Shown: positions 27,096 through 37,537 of the stretch, piece after piece | How positions within the stretch are numbered: the stretch's first letter is position 1 | Layout: the number at the start of each line of letters is the position of its first letter | Source of the DNA: Flavobacteriales bacterium | GTDB taxonomy: Bacteria; Bacteroidota; Bacteroidia; Flavobacteriales_F; PHOS-HE28 | Length of the DNA: 46,785 nt | Direction of reading: 5' to 3' | Assembly (NCBI GenBank): GCA_046596155.1 | Contig: JBKJNF010000251.1 | Span: forward strand, 1-46,785 | The notes under the pieces: model-generated | What the model saw: only the letters and a program-made list of their open reading frames with translations | Told to the model about the DNA's origin: nothing | Database searches by the model: none | Translations under genes and position numbers: made by a program

Positions 27096-27174
27096 CCACA
27101 TATGGCGCAGAAGGCACAGATAAATGCTGCCCCATCCAACCGGTTCCCATCGGTGTCATCTGCGCCATCTGTGG
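27096..27174. repeat. 16-bp imperfect inverted repeat in the desaturase upstream region
   Basis: CCACATATGGCGCAGA (27096-27111) against TCTGCGCCATCTGTGG (27159-27174), with one mismatch and 47 nt between the arms. Confidence 0.7.
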
Positions 27175-27207
27175 AAAACAAAGAGGCGCGCCGATCGGCG
27201 CGCCTCT
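27171..27207 (-). terminator. Rho-independent terminator of the pyrophosphatase gene
   Basis: AGAGGCGCGCC-GATC-GGCGCGCCTCT is a perfect palindrome (27182-27207). On the minus strand it is followed by TTGTTTTCC. It starts 20 nt after the stop. Confidence 0.75.
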
Positions 27208-27226
27208 CCATGAATTGTTCCGCGGA

Positions 27227-29479
27227 TCAGAAACGATCGCTCACCTCAACTGTGTTCACTTGAACGGTGTTGTCTGTCGGCTTCACTTGCAGGCTGGCAT
27301 CGCTGCTGCCTACGGGCATGTTCTCCATGGTCTTGGTGGGCACCACCATGCGATCACCTTGGTTGATGGCGATGTGCGGAGCGATGATCAACGCGACGAT
27401 GGACGTCAACTTGATGAGGATGTTCATCGATGGTCCGCTGGTGTCCTTGAACGGATCACCCACGGTATCACCCGTAACAGCGGCCTTGTGCGGCTCGCTG
27501 CCCTTCTTGAATTCCTTACCGTCGATGATAACGCCTTTCTCGAAGCTCTTCTTGGCATTGTCCCATGCGCCACCAGCGTTGTTCTGGAACATGCCCATCA
27601 ACACACCGCTCACGGTGATGCCGGCGAGCAATCCACCCAAGGCCTCGGGGCCGAAGGCGAAGCCCACGATCACGGGTGACAACAACGCCAATGCACCCGG
27701 GGCGATCATCTCGCGGATCGATGCCTTGGTGCTGATGGCCACGCACTTCTCGTACTCCGGCTTGCCCGTGCCTTCCATGATCCCGGGGATCTCGCGGAAC
27801 TGACGGCGCACTTCCTTCACCATGTCCATGGCGGCCTTGCCCACGGCGCTGATCGCCAGCGAACTGAAGAAGAAGGGGATCATGGCGCCCACGAACAACA
27901 TGGCCAGCACATCGGCCTTGTAGATATCGATGCCGGTGATGCCGGCGAGGCCAACGTAGGCAGCGAAGAGGGCCAGCGCGGTGAGCGCTGCGGAAGCGAT
28001 GGCGAAGCCTTTGCCCGTGGCGGCGGTGGTGTTGCCCACGGCATCCAGGTTATCGGTGCGCTCCCGCACTTCCTTCGGCAGGTGGCTCATTTCAGCGATC
28101 CCGCCCGCGTTGTCCGCGATGGGACCGAAGGCGTCGATGGCCAGCTGCATGGCCGTGGTGGCCATCATGCCAGCTGCAGCTATAGCGACTCCGTAAAGTC
28201 CAGCGAGGTAGAATGAACCGTAGATGCCAGCTGCAAGGATGATGATCGGGAGCACTGTGCTCTCCATGCCCATGGCCAGTCCACCGATGACGTTGGTGCC
28301 GTGTCCTGTGCCGCTCTTCTGCACGATGCTATCCACCGGACGGCGTCCCATGCTCGTGTAATATTCCGTGACCATGCTCATAAGCGTACCCACCACCAGG
28401 CCGAGGATAATTGCATAGAAGACGTTCATGCTCGTGATCACAAGGTGCACATCCCCGCGCACGAATTCCATTTCAGCTGGCATCATCCAGCGGATCAGAA
28501 AGAAGCTGGCGATCGCGGTGAGCACCATGGCGCTCCAGTTGCCCATGTTCAGTGCGTTCATCACGCTGTCGCTGTCCTTGTTGATGCGCACGAAGAAGGT
28601 GCCCACAATGGAGAAGAGGATGCCGAGGCCAGCGATCACCATGGGCAGCAGGATCGGAGCAAGACCTTCGAAATTGTCGTGACTGATCACTTCGCGACCG
28701 AGCACCATGGTGGCGAGCATGGTGGCCACGTAGCTTCCGAAGAGGTCGGCTCCCATGCCCGCCACGTCGCCCACGTTGTCACCTACGTTGTCGGCGATGG
28801 TAGCGGGGTTGCGTACATCATCCTCGGGGATGCCAGCTTCCACCTTGCCTACGAGGTCGGCACCCACGTCGGCGGCCTTGGTGTAGATGCCACCGCCTAC
28901 ACGTGCGAACAACGCGATGGACTCCGCACCCAGCGAGAATCCCGCAAGCACTTCGAGGCATTTTTCCATGGAAGCACCCACCACGCCAGGTGCGGCGTAT
29001 TTCATATAGAACAGAATGAATAGGGTGCTGAGACCGAGCACGGCCAGGCCGGCCACGCCCAGGCCCATCACGGTGCCACCGGTGAAGCTCACCTTCAGTG
29101 CCTGTGCGAGGCTGGTGCGCGCTGCATGCGTGGTCCGAACGTTCGCCTTGGTGGCGATGCTCATGCCGATCCAACCGGCGAAGGCGCTGAAGAAGGCCCC
29201 AATGAGGAAGGCGACGGCAACCAGCCAATCGGTATGCTCTTTCACGGCGGCGAGCTGCGAGCTCCATGCGAGGAGCACAGCGGTGATCGCGGCGAACACG
29301 CCCAGCACCTTCCACTCAGCTCGCAAGAAGGCACTGGCACCCCGAGCGATGTAACCCGCCAGTTCCTGCATGTTAGCCTCCCCCGCGTTCTGCTTGGTGA
29401 CCCACATGGCCTTGAATACCATCACCACCAATCCCACCACGCCCAGCGCGGGGATGAAGTACATCAGTTCACTTCCCAT
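27227..29479 (-). CDS. hppA: Membrane-bound proton/sodium-translocating pyrophosphatase
   Basis: 750 aa polytopic protein with GGIYTKAADVGADLVGKVE, DNVGDNVGD, GNTTAATGKGFAI and DTVGDPFKDT motifs. GNTTAA (Ala rather than Lys) suggests the K+-dependent type. Confidence 0.96.
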   Translation of the reverse strand: MGSELMYFIPALGVVGLVVMVFKAMWVTKQNAGEANMQELAGYIARGASAFLRAEWKVLGVFAAITAVLLAWSSQLAAVKEHTDWLVAVAFLIGAFFSAFAGWIGMSIATKANVRTTHAARTSLAQALKVSFTGGTVMGLGVAGLAVLGLSTLFILFYMKYAAPGVVGASMEKCLEVLAGFSLGAESIALFARVGGGIYTKAADVGADLVGKVEAGIPEDDVRNPATIADNVGDNVGDVAGMGADLFGSYVATMLATMVLGREVISHDNFEGLAPILLPMVIAGLGILFSIVGTFFVRINKDSDSVMNALNMGNWSAMVLTAIASFFLIRWMMPAEMEFVRGDVHLVITSMNVFYAIILGLVVGTLMSMVTEYYTSMGRRPVDSIVQKSGTGHGTNVIGGLAMGMESTVLPIIILAAGIYGSFYLAGLYGVAIAAAGMMATTAMQLAIDAFGPIADNAGGIAEMSHLPKEVRERTDNLDAVGNTTAATGKGFAIASAALTALALFAAYVGLAGITGIDIYKADVLAMLFVGAMIPFFFSSLAISAVGKAAMDMVKEVRRQFREIPGIMEGTGKPEYEKCVAISTKASIREMIAPGALALLSPVIVGFAFGPEALGGLLAGITVSGVLMGMFQNNAGGAWDNAKKSFEKGVIIDGKEFKKGSEPHKAAVTGDTVGDPFKDTSGPSMNILIKLTSIVALIIAPHIAINQGDRMVVPTKTMENMPVGSSDASLQVKPTDNTVQVNTVEVSDRF

Positions 29480-29597
29480 GTCGTCTACGTTTGTTTTATA
29501 TCTCGTTGTCTTTCAGCGTCTTTCATTCCCATTGAAGGAAAGAGGGGCGCGAAAATAGGAAAGTTCGCCTGAGCAGGGCCAGTGGGCCATGGCAGGT

Positions 29598-30581
29598 CTA
29601 CTTCACCACATACATCACCTCCTTCACCGCAGCCACCACACGGGCCACGTTCGGGAGGCTGGCATCGATGAGCGGCGGGCTGAACGGCAGTGGCGTGTCG
29701 GCTTGGTTGACGCGCACCACGGGGGCATCGAGGAAGTCGAAGGCGTCCTTCTGCACGCGGTAGGCCAATTCGCTGGCGATGCTCGCCAGGGGCCAGCACT
29801 CGTCCACCACCACGAGGCGGTTGGTCTTCTTCACGCTGTTCACGATGGTGGGCACATCAAAGGGGCGGATCGTCCGCAGATCGATCACCTCGGCGCTGAT
29901 GCCTTCCTTCTGCAGTTCCTCCGCAGCGCCGAGGGCCACCTTCATCATCTTACCGAAGCTCACGATGGTAACATCCTTTCCTGGACGTTTCACATCGGCC
30001 ACACCGATGGGCAGCAAGTACTCGCCATCAGGTACTTCGCCCTTATCGCCATACATGCGTTCGCTCTCCATGAACAGCACTGGATCGTCATCGCGGATGG
30101 CGGCCTTCAGCAGGCCCTTCGCATCGTAGGGTGTGCTCACGGTGATCACCTTCAGTCCCGGGATGTTGGCGTAGAACGCCTCGTAGCTCTGGCTGTGCGT
30201 GGCGGCCAATTGGCCGGCGCTGCCATTGCCCCCGCGGAACACAATAGGCACATGGAACTGCCCTCCGCTCATCTGCAGCATCTTGGCGGCGTGGTTGATG
30301 ATCTGGTCGCTGGCCAACACAGCGAAGTTCCAGGTCATGAACTCGACAATGGGGCGCAATCCGTTCATGGCCGCACCTACCGCGATCCCGGTAAAGCCTA
30401 GCTCGCTGATCGGCGTGTCTATGATGCGCTTCTCGCCGAACTCCGCTAGCATACCCTTGCTCACCTTATACGCGCCGTCGTACTCGGCCACTTCCTCGCC
30501 CATGAGGAATACGTTCGGGTCGCGACGCATCTCTTCGGACATCGCTTCATTGAGTGCTTCGCGGAATTGGATGGTGCGCAT
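29598..30581 (-). CDS. pdhB: Pyruvate/2-oxoacid dehydrogenase E1 component beta subunit
   Basis: MRTIQFREALNEAMSEEMRRDPNVFLMGEEVAEYDGAYKVSKGM... is a transketolase-like pyrimidine-binding plus C-terminal domain architecture. 327 aa. Confidence 0.93.
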   Translation of the reverse strand: MRTIQFREALNEAMSEEMRRDPNVFLMGEEVAEYDGAYKVSKGMLAEFGEKRIIDTPISELGFTGIAVGAAMNGLRPIVEFMTWNFAVLASDQIINHAAKMLQMSGGQFHVPIVFRGGNGSAGQLAATHSQSYEAFYANIPGLKVITVSTPYDAKGLLKAAIRDDDPVLFMESERMYGDKGEVPDGEYLLPIGVADVKRPGKDVTIVSFGKMMKVALGAAEELQKEGISAEVIDLRTIRPFDVPTIVNSVKKTNRLVVVDECWPLASIASELAYRVQKDAFDFLDAPVVRVNQADTPLPFSPPLIDASLPNVARVVAAVKEVMYVVK

Positions 30582-30731
30582 GGATCAGTTACGATTGACG
30601 GGCGAAGGTAAATGCCAGCCCAGAACCAGGGGGCGCGTTCCTTTGCTGACCTGCCCCTTTCCGATGATGGACGCCGTAGGCTGAAGCTGGGTTCCGTTGG
30701 CTTACTACCTTTCACGGCCCAAGCACCTGCC

Positions 30732-32372
30732 ATGACGATACGTTACTCACTTCTTGTCTGCACCACGCTCATTGTGCTCTCCATCACTGCGCAGGATGCG
30801 TTGATGCAAATGGGTACAGCCTATCCCAAAGTGGTCAAAGGCCTGGAAGGCGACCTGCAATTGGTGACCAATGGCACCACCGATGCCTCGGGAAGTCCCG
30901 TGCTGATGGTGATGGAAGGCGCTGGCTACAAAGCCGTGCGGCTGGGTGCGGACATGAAGCCGGGGGAGGAATTGTCCCTGCGCCAACAGAGTTTCGACGG
31001 GTTGAAGTGGGACGCCATCACCAGCCTGCTCACCGATCAGGGCCTACACATCCTGTTCGTGTCGAACGGGAAGAAAACGGCCGACTATGGCATCGGCCTG
31101 CTGAATGTGGATGGCGCTTTATCCATTACCGGCTTCCACAAGGTGGCCACCTTCGACCATCCAGCTCCTTTCGACCCCAGCACCACCACCTGCCGCAAGA
31201 CCCTGCCCGATCTGATCCTCTTCGACAGCGGTGCCGCCTATGACCAGACCGACCGCCTCGTCGCCTCACCCGATGGTCAGCACTTTCTGGTGAACCATTA
31301 CACCCACCAGGAAAAAGGCCCGAAGAAGTTCTGGTTCGCCTGCCTGGACCGCGAGATGAACGCTGAATGGAGCGGGATGGCCGAACTGCCCTACGAGGAT
31401 GTACAGAGCGATGTGCACCAGATCACCCTCACGAACGACGGCCGCATCGTGCTGCTCACCTACGTCTTCAAATGCGCCGACCAATCGCTTGCAGGTGACA
31501 AGATGTGCCACGAGACGCACATCACATTCCTTCGCTCGCAAGGCCGGAGCGTGAGGGACCTGTTGCTGGACAAGGACTTCGTTTCCAGCGCGCGGCTGAT
31601 GCCGAAGGATAACGGGCAGTTGATGGTGGCGATGCGTTACGGATCGCTCACCGGCAATCCCGGACTTGTGCTCACCATCGATTCTGCCATCAGCAAGCTG
31701 AAGAACACACCGCTTGTTGACCAGCGTGTTGCGACGATCCACAAGATCAAGCTGAGCACCTTCGGCGTGCCGGAGGTGGAAACGGGCAAGAAGGTCACCG
31801 GCAACCGCGCCACTAAGGTGCCTGATGAGGTGGTCGAGTTGATGCCCGCTTGGAACGGTGGCCATGTGTTGCTCGAAGGCTTCCGCGACAAGGACCTGCA
31901 AGTGACCATGGGTGATGCCATCGCCATCCGCACGTTGCATGGCGCATTGCGCGCCACCTATTTCGATGATCATGATTCGCTACGCTGGCAACAGACCGTG
32001 GACCGTGCGTTCATGACCACAGCGGGGGAAGCCTATGGATCCGCGGCCATCAAGCTTTCGCCTGATGGATTGTTGCTCATGTATAACCACACCCCCGGAG
32101 GATTGAATGCGATCAACGCCAGCTATGCCGATGCTGGTGATGAAGGCAAGAAAAAGAAGGACAAGGGTGCGCCGGTTGAGGCCAGCGAACTGCACATGGC
32201 CTTAATCCCCGCCACTGGTCAGGCGCCGAAGGAACGTTCTCTGGGCCGTCCCACCAATGGCTTCACCCTGTGCCCCATGACCATGGTGATCGGCCGGTCC
32301 ATGGACAAAGCGTGGATCAAGGGATATGACAAGGGCACGCAGCACCAGTTCGTGGAAGTGCCGTTGCGCTGA
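30732..32372 (+). CDS. Hypothetical secreted protein (546 aa, no recognisable domain)
   Basis: The ATG at 30732 gives MTIRYSLLVCTTLIVLSITAQ, a signal peptide. Composition and GC3 look coding-like, and no motif is recognised. Confidence 0.65.
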   Translation: MTIRYSLLVCTTLIVLSITAQDALMQMGTAYPKVVKGLEGDLQLVTNGTTDASGSPVLMVMEGAGYKAVRLGADMKPGEELSLRQQSFDGLKWDAITSLLTDQGLHILFVSNGKKTADYGIGLLNVDGALSITGFHKVATFDHPAPFDPSTTTCRKTLPDLILFDSGAAYDQTDRLVASPDGQHFLVNHYTHQEKGPKKFWFACLDREMNAEWSGMAELPYEDVQSDVHQITLTNDGRIVLLTYVFKCADQSLAGDKMCHETHITFLRSQGRSVRDLLLDKDFVSSARLMPKDNGQLMVAMRYGSLTGNPGLVLTIDSAISKLKNTPLVDQRVATIHKIKLSTFGVPEVETGKKVTGNRATKVPDEVVELMPAWNGGHVLLEGFRDKDLQVTMGDAIAIRTLHGALRATYFDDHDSLRWQQTVDRAFMTTAGEAYGSAAIKLSPDGLLLMYNHTPGGLNAINASYADAGDEGKKKKDKGAPVEASELHMALIPATGQAPKERSLGRPTNGFTLCPMTMVIGRSMDKAWIKGYDKGTQHQFVEVPLR

Positions 32373-32437
32373 CCCCCGCATGCCCAACGGCCCGTTGTGA
32401 GGCCTGATCTGTTGGTACTGCGCACTACTGGCACTGC

Positions 32438-33916
32438 TTGCGGACCCTACTGCCACTCACTTTTGCGGCCGTGAGCCCGCGCTCCTCGCCCCCACCCACG
32501 ACCCGCTGGCAACAGCGCTTGCAACTGCGCATCACGGCGGCCTTCGCTTGGCTGGGCAACAAGGTGATGACGAGTCGCCTAAAGGAGCTCACCTTATTGA
32601 CCCTCCCTTATCAGGTGGCTGCGGTGATCACCGCACTGATCGCCGTGGGCTACGCCAAGCTCTTCGACTGGATGGAAGTGCAACAGCATTGGGTACTGCA
32701 CCACCACCCGGACTGGATCATGGTCACCGTGCCTGTGGGCTTCCTTACCAGCTGGTTCTTGGTGAAGAAGTTCTCTCCCTTCGCCGGTGGAAGCGGTATT
32801 CCACAGTTGATGGCCGCCATCGAAGTGGCCGACGACAAGAGCGAGAACGACCGCAGCTGGAAGTTCCTGAACGCGCGCATCATCGGCGTGAAGATCCTGA
32901 GCAGCTTGGCCATGGTGGTGGGCGGCGGCGCCGTGGGACGCGAAGGCCCCACGCTGCAGATCGCCGGCAGCGTGTATCGCGTGGTGCACAAACTGCTGCC
33001 TCCGTTCTGGCCCGCCGTGAGCCGGCGCGTGATGATGATCACCGGAGGCGCCGCCGGATTGAGCGCAGCCTTCAACACGCCGTTGGGTGGTATCGTATTC
33101 GCCGTGGAAGAGCTCACCAAGACCCACCTCGCCAACTTCCGCACGGCCGTATTCACCAGCGTGATCATAGCGGGTATGACCGCCCAGCAGCTCCTAGGCA
33201 ATTACCTCGGTCCCTTCCTAGGCTATCCAAAGACCGAGACCGTGGGCGGCTCGTTCATGTACAAGGTGCTAGTGATCGCGTTAGCCGCTGGCGCCGCTGG
33301 CGCGCTGTTCTGCAAAGTGGTGCTCTTCCTGGACAAGTGGCGGCGCGGCCTGAAGACGCTTCCCGTGCAGGCCGCCTGGTGCCTGGCGTGTTCCCTCGCC
33401 TTCTTCGCCTGTTACAAAGTGCTGGGCGAACATGTGCTGGGCAGCGGTCGCGGCATTTTACAGACCTACCTCTTCGATGACCATGTAGATCCGTCGTGGC
33501 GCGACATCGCAGCGCGATTGCTGGCACCGCTCACCTCCTTCAGCGCCGGAGGCGCCGGCGGAATCTTCGGGCCCTCGCTGAGCAGTGGCGCCATCATCGG
33601 TGGCTGGGTAGGCCAATTCTTCGATCCCACCCCCGGACAATTGCGGCTGCTGATGCTCACTGGCATGGTGGCCTTCCTTACCGGCGTATCGCGATCACCG
33701 TTCACTAGCGCCATCCTCGTGTTGGAAATGACCGACCGCCACAGCGTGATCTTCCAGCTGATGTATGCTGCGATGGTGGCCAATCTCATCGCCAATGGCA
33801 TCGACCGCAAGCCGTACTACGAACGCATGAAGGAGCGTTTGCTGAAGGCCATCGGCGTGGGGGTCACAAAGAAGTCGCCAGAGGATGATAAAATGGCCGG
33901 CTTCGGGTTGGGATAA
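32438..33916 (+). CDS. ClC-family chloride channel / H+-Cl- antiporter
   Basis: [19 protein letters not shown] and GIFGPSL selectivity-filter motifs. The start is uncertain: TTG 32438, GTG 32471 or ATG 32567. Confidence 0.85.
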   Translation: MRTLLPLTFAAVSPRSSPPPTTRWQQRLQLRITAAFAWLGNKVMTSRLKELTLLTLPYQVAAVITALIAVGYAKLFDWMEVQQHWVLHHHPDWIMVTVPVGFLTSWFLVKKFSPFAGGSGIPQLMAAIEVADDKSENDRSWKFLNARIIGVKILSSLAMVVGGGAVGREGPTLQIAGSVYRVVHKLLPPFWPAVSRRVMMITGGAAGLSAAFNTPLGGIVFAVEELTKTHLANFRTAVFTSVIIAGMTAQQLLGNYLGPFLGYPKTETVGGSFMYKVLVIALAAGAAGALFCKVVLFLDKWRRGLKTLPVQAAWCLACSLAFFACYKVLGEHVLGSGRGILQTYLFDDHVDPSWRDIAARLLAPLTSFSAGGAGGIFGPSLSSGAIIGGWVGQFFDPTPGQLRLLMLTGMVAFLTGVSRSPFTSAILVLEMTDRHSVIFQLMYAAMVANLIANGIDRKPYYERMKERLLKAIGVGVTKKSPEDDKMAGFGLG

Positions 33917-33975
33917 GTCGGCTCCGCGCCGATAAGGGATCGACCTTTCTGTGCCGATCTTTGCCCCGAGAGACC

Positions 33976-34770
33976 ATGAAACAATACCACGACCTCCTTC
34001 AGCACATCCTGGACCACGGTACGCGTAAGAGCGACCGCACGGGCACCGGTACCATCAGCTGCTTCGGCTACCAGATGCGCTTCGATCTGGCCGACGGATT
34101 CCCGTTGGTCACCACCAAGAAGCTCCATACCAAGAGCATCATCCACGAACTGTTATGGTTCCTACAGGGCGACACCAACATCGCCTACTTGAAGGAGAAC
34201 GGTGTGCGCATCTGGGACGAGTGGGCCGATGCGAACGGCAACCTAGGCCCTGTCTATGGCAAACAATGGCGCAGTTGGGCCGCCCCAGATGGCCGTACGA
34301 TCGACCAGATCAGCGACCTGGTGGCCATGATCAAGAAGAACCCCGACAGCCGCCGCTTGATCGTGAGCGCGTGGAATCCGGCCGATGTGCCCAACATGGC
34401 GCTTCCCCCTTGCCACTGTCTCTTCCAGTTCTACGTGGCCGATGGTAAGCTCTCCTGCCAACTCTATCAACGCAGCGCGGACACCTTCCTCGGTGTGCCA
34501 TTCAACATCGCGAGCTACGCGCTACTGACGTTGATGATCGCCCACGTCTGCGACCTGAAGCCGGGAGCGTTCATACACACCTTTGGCGATGTGCACCTGT
34601 ACACCGATCATCTTGAGCAGGCCCGTCTGCAGCTGAGCCGCGAACCGCGTGCCTTGCCCACCCTGCGCATCGACCCCACGGTGAAAGACCTGTTCGCATT
34701 CCGCTTTGAGCATTTCACGCTGGAGAACTACGATCCACACCCGCACATCAAAGCCGCCGTCAGCGTATGA
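33976..34770 (+). CDS. thyA: Thymidylate synthase
   Basis: [26 protein letters not shown]..., the active site [11 protein letters not shown] and [20 protein letters not shown]. Confidence 0.97.
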   Translation: MKQYHDLLQHILDHGTRKSDRTGTGTISCFGYQMRFDLADGFPLVTTKKLHTKSIIHELLWFLQGDTNIAYLKENGVRIWDEWADANGNLGPVYGKQWRSWAAPDGRTIDQISDLVAMIKKNPDSRRLIVSAWNPADVPNMALPPCHCLFQFYVADGKLSCQLYQRSADTFLGVPFNIASYALLTLMIAHVCDLKPGAFIHTFGDVHLYTDHLEQARLQLSREPRALPTLRIDPTVKDLFAFRFEHFTLENYDPHPHIKAAVSV

Positions 34771-35267
34771 TCATCAGCGCCATTGCCGCCGTGGCAGAGA
34801 ACGGAGTGATCGGGTCCAACGGCGATCTGCCTTGGCACCTTCCCGATGACATGAAGTTCTTCCAGCGTACCACGCTGAACCACCACATCATCACTGGTCG
34901 CAAGAATTACGAGAGCATTCCCGAGCGTTATCGACCGCTGAGGGACCGCATGAACCTGGTGGTAACGCGCACACCGGGGTATGAGGCACCGGGTGCCTTG
35001 GTGTGTGCCTCCCTTGAGGCCGCCATCGGTATAGCACGCGTGGCGGAACAGAAAGAGGTCTTCATCATCGGCGGTGGACAGCTGTATGCCGAGGCGTTCG
35101 AGAAGGGACTCGTGAAGCGGCTGTACCTCACCACCGTGCATGCCAAGCCGAAGGGCGATGTGTATTTCCCCGAGATCGGCAAGGGCTGGAAGGAAGTATG
35201 GACCGAAAAGCACGAGAAGGATGAGCGGCATGCCTTCGCGTTCACCTTCAAAGTGCTTCAACGCTGA
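34767..35267 (+). CDS. folA: Dihydrofolate reductase
   Basis: [32 protein letters not shown]... and [10 protein letters not shown]. The start has an ATGA overlap with the thyA stop. Confidence 0.93.
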   Translation: MIISAIAAVAENGVIGSNGDLPWHLPDDMKFFQRTTLNHHIITGRKNYESIPERYRPLRDRMNLVVTRTPGYEAPGALVCASLEAAIGIARVAEQKEVFIIGGGQLYAEAFEKGLVKRLYLTTVHAKPKGDVYFPEIGKGWKEVWTEKHEKDERHAFAFTFKVLQR

Positions 35268-35365
35268 GCGGATCACTACGCACAAGAGGTTGTGATGCCC
35301 GGAGCCGCATCCGATCAAACCCTATGCCCGCTGAATGGTCATAGGTGCACGAAACACCCCTCATC

Positions 35366-36172
35366 ATGCTGAACAAACAACTGCTCTCCATCGCCGCGAT
35401 CGCGCTGCTTGGACTGGTGGCCTGCAAGAAGGACAAGGAAGAGGTCTTGGACCTGGACTACACGAGTGCCAGCGACAACGCCCGCGCCGAGGATGCGTTC
35501 AGCGACATGCTTACGCAGGTGGACAAGGCCGTGGATGAGAATGGCCTACGCAGTGCCGATGACGCTTGCGACCCCACGGTCACATTCGACACCCTCTCCA
35601 GCCCCCGCACCATGACGATCGACTTCGGCACCGTGAACTGCACGGCCGCCAATGGTCGCATGCGCCGTGGGCAGATCCTAGTGTCCTACACCGGTCGTTA
35701 CCGCGATCCAGGTACGGTCATTATCATCACGCCACAGAACTATTACGTGAACGACAACCACGTGCAGGGACTGAAAACAGTGACCAACATGGGTGAGGAC
35801 CAGAACGGTCACCTCTATTACAGCGTTCTGGTGGATGGAACGCTCACTGCCAGTGACGGCAGTTGGACCGCCACGCACCATGCCGAGCGCACGCGCACCT
35901 GGATCGAAGGGCAGGACACACCGATCATCACCGACGATGTATACCTGATCACCGGTGGGGGCAATGGCGTGAACCGCAATGGAATGGCCTACACCATCAG
36001 CATCCTGAACGCATTGCGCGTGCAGGTGGGGTGCCCCTTCATAACCGCCGGCACCGTGCAGATCACCCCGCAGGACCGCCCCGTCCGTACGATCGACTAT
36101 GGCAACGGCGCATGCGATGGCATCATCTCCATCACCGTGAACGGCCAGACCTTCACCATAACGCTCGGTTAG
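35366..36172 (+). CDS. Hypothetical lipoprotein
   Basis: The ATG at 35366 gives MLNKQLLSIAAIALLGLVACKKD (lipobox). No domain recognised. Confidence 0.65.
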   Translation: MLNKQLLSIAAIALLGLVACKKDKEEVLDLDYTSASDNARAEDAFSDMLTQVDKAVDENGLRSADDACDPTVTFDTLSSPRTMTIDFGTVNCTAANGRMRRGQILVSYTGRYRDPGTVIIITPQNYYVNDNHVQGLKTVTNMGEDQNGHLYYSVLVDGTLTASDGSWTATHHAERTRTWIEGQDTPIITDDVYLITGGGNGVNRNGMAYTISILNALRVQVGCPFITAGTVQITPQDRPVRTIDYGNGACDGIISITVNGQTFTITLG

Positions 36173-36190
36173 TCCGCAAAGCATTCCACG

Positions 36191-36220
36191 AAAAAGCCCT
36201 TCGCGTTGCGAGGGGCTTTT
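36191..36220 (+). terminator. Rho-independent terminator after the lipoprotein gene
   Basis: AAAAGCCCTTCGC-GTT-GCGAGGGGCTTTTT. The stem includes one G-U pair and is flanked by an A-tract and a T-tract. Confidence 0.75.
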
Positions 36221-36385
36221 TCATTGGGCATCCCTGGCTCAGCAGATTTCTGTTGCATCCTGCCGGTCTGCGTGGCTCTTTCAGCCGTTCCATCCCCCGA
36301 TCCGCCGTTCATCACGAACCGTTTGGCCCAGGGCCACGAACACCTCGTACTTCGTGTTAAGGCGGCTCCGGCCTTTCTCCAGCGT

Positions 36386-37537
36386 ATGATCTATTTCCGT
36401 CGTTCGCCCATACCCTACCGCGTTGTGCTGGGCACCGCACTGGTCATGGCCACGCTCTTCCTGCTGCAGGCGTATATGCACCATTATGTGTATGCCGAGC
36501 TCAAGGACATGGGCGAGTTCAACTGGTGGCGCGAGGCCCCCGTCCCGTACCTCAACTTCCTCTTTTGGGCATTGCTATGCCCCTTGGTGTACATCATCTA
36601 CCAGCGCTGGCCGCTCAACGTTCGGCCGGTCTGGCGCCACGTGGGCGCACATCTGGCGTTGGGCCTGATGATCGGCTCCGTTCACGAAGTGGTCACCAGT
36701 TCGGCCTACTACTACATCCTCTATCGCATCGGCGACTTCCAGTTCAATGGAGAATACCTGCACTTTGCCGTGAACGCCTTGCCACCCGCCATCCTGCAGC
36801 GCTTCATGGAGTACTGGACCCTGCTGGCCGTGTTGATCGCGGTGGAGTTCGCGAACCAGTCACGCGAAAAGCAGACGCAGCTCCTCAAGTTGCGGAACGA
36901 ATTGCAGATCAGCCAGCTGAACGCGCTGAAGAAGCAGTTGCAACCACACTTTCTCTTCAACACGCTGAACACTGTGAGCGCGCTGATGGACACGGATGTG
37001 AACGGTGCCCGTAAGGTGCTCAGCCGTCTTGGCCAACTGCTACGCGCCAGTCTGGACCAGGACCAGCGTGACCTGGTGCCCCTGAGCCGTGAGGTGGAGC
37101 TTATCGGCAACTATCTCGGCATCGAGATGGTCCGTTTTCAGGACCGTTTACACGTGGAGTACGACCTTCCGCCGTCCTTGCTCCACGCTGAAGTTCCCAG
37201 CATGGTGCTACAACCGTTGGTGGAGAATGCCATCAAACATGGACCGGATGCCACCAGTGAGCGCGTGGAAATCCTCGTCCGGGCCCAGCGTAGGGACGAA
37301 ACGTTAATTCTTACGGTTTCGGACAACGGGAAAGGCTGTTCCTATGTCACCACCGTAATGGAACGCGGTGGCATAGGACTGCGCAATGTGCGCGATCGGT
37401 TGCAGTTGCTCTACGGCGACGAAGCCACGTTCTCCATCTCATCACCCGAAGCCAAGGGCTTCATCGTACAACTCTCCATTCCACTGCGCAGCAACGCGGA
37501 ACAGCCTGTACCTGCGCGCCGACAAATGACCGTATGA
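36386..37537 (+). CDS. LytS/YehU-type sensor histidine kinase
   Basis: Multi-TM N-terminal half, then LKKQLQPHFLFNTLNTVSALM (His_kinase H-box) and an HATPase region (LVENAIKHG...DNGKG...GIGLRNVRDRL). ATG at 36386. Confidence 0.88.
   Translation: MIYFRRSPIPYRVVLGTALVMATLFLLQAYMHHYVYAELKDMGEFNWWREAPVPYLNFLFWALLCPLVYIIYQRWPLNVRPVWRHVGAHLALGLMIGSVHEVVTSSAYYYILYRIGDFQFNGEYLHFAVNALPPAILQRFMEYWTLLAVLIAVEFANQSREKQTQLLKLRNELQISQLNALKKQLQPHFLFNTLNTVSALMDTDVNGARKVLSRLGQLLRASLDQDQRDLVPLSREVELIGNYLGIEMVRFQDRLHVEYDLPPSLLHAEVPSMVLQPLVENAIKHGPDATSERVEILVRAQRRDETLILTVSDNGKGCSYVTTVMERGGIGLRNVRDRLQLLYGDEATFSISSPEAKGFIVQLSIPLRSNAEQPVPARRQMTV

Noticed and set aside
29598-30581. pdhB (E1 beta) without an adjacent E1 alpha or E2 gene.
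   Set aside because: Separation of pdhB from pdhA/E2 is, as far as I recall, a common arrangement in Bacteroidota. The ORF is intact and canonical.
32548-33480. A 310-aa +2-frame ORF and several minus-strand ORFs inside the ClC channel gene.
   Set aside because: Their translations are Arg/Pro/Gly-rich with no motifs, and they lie entirely within a gene that has clear ClC selectivity-filter motifs.
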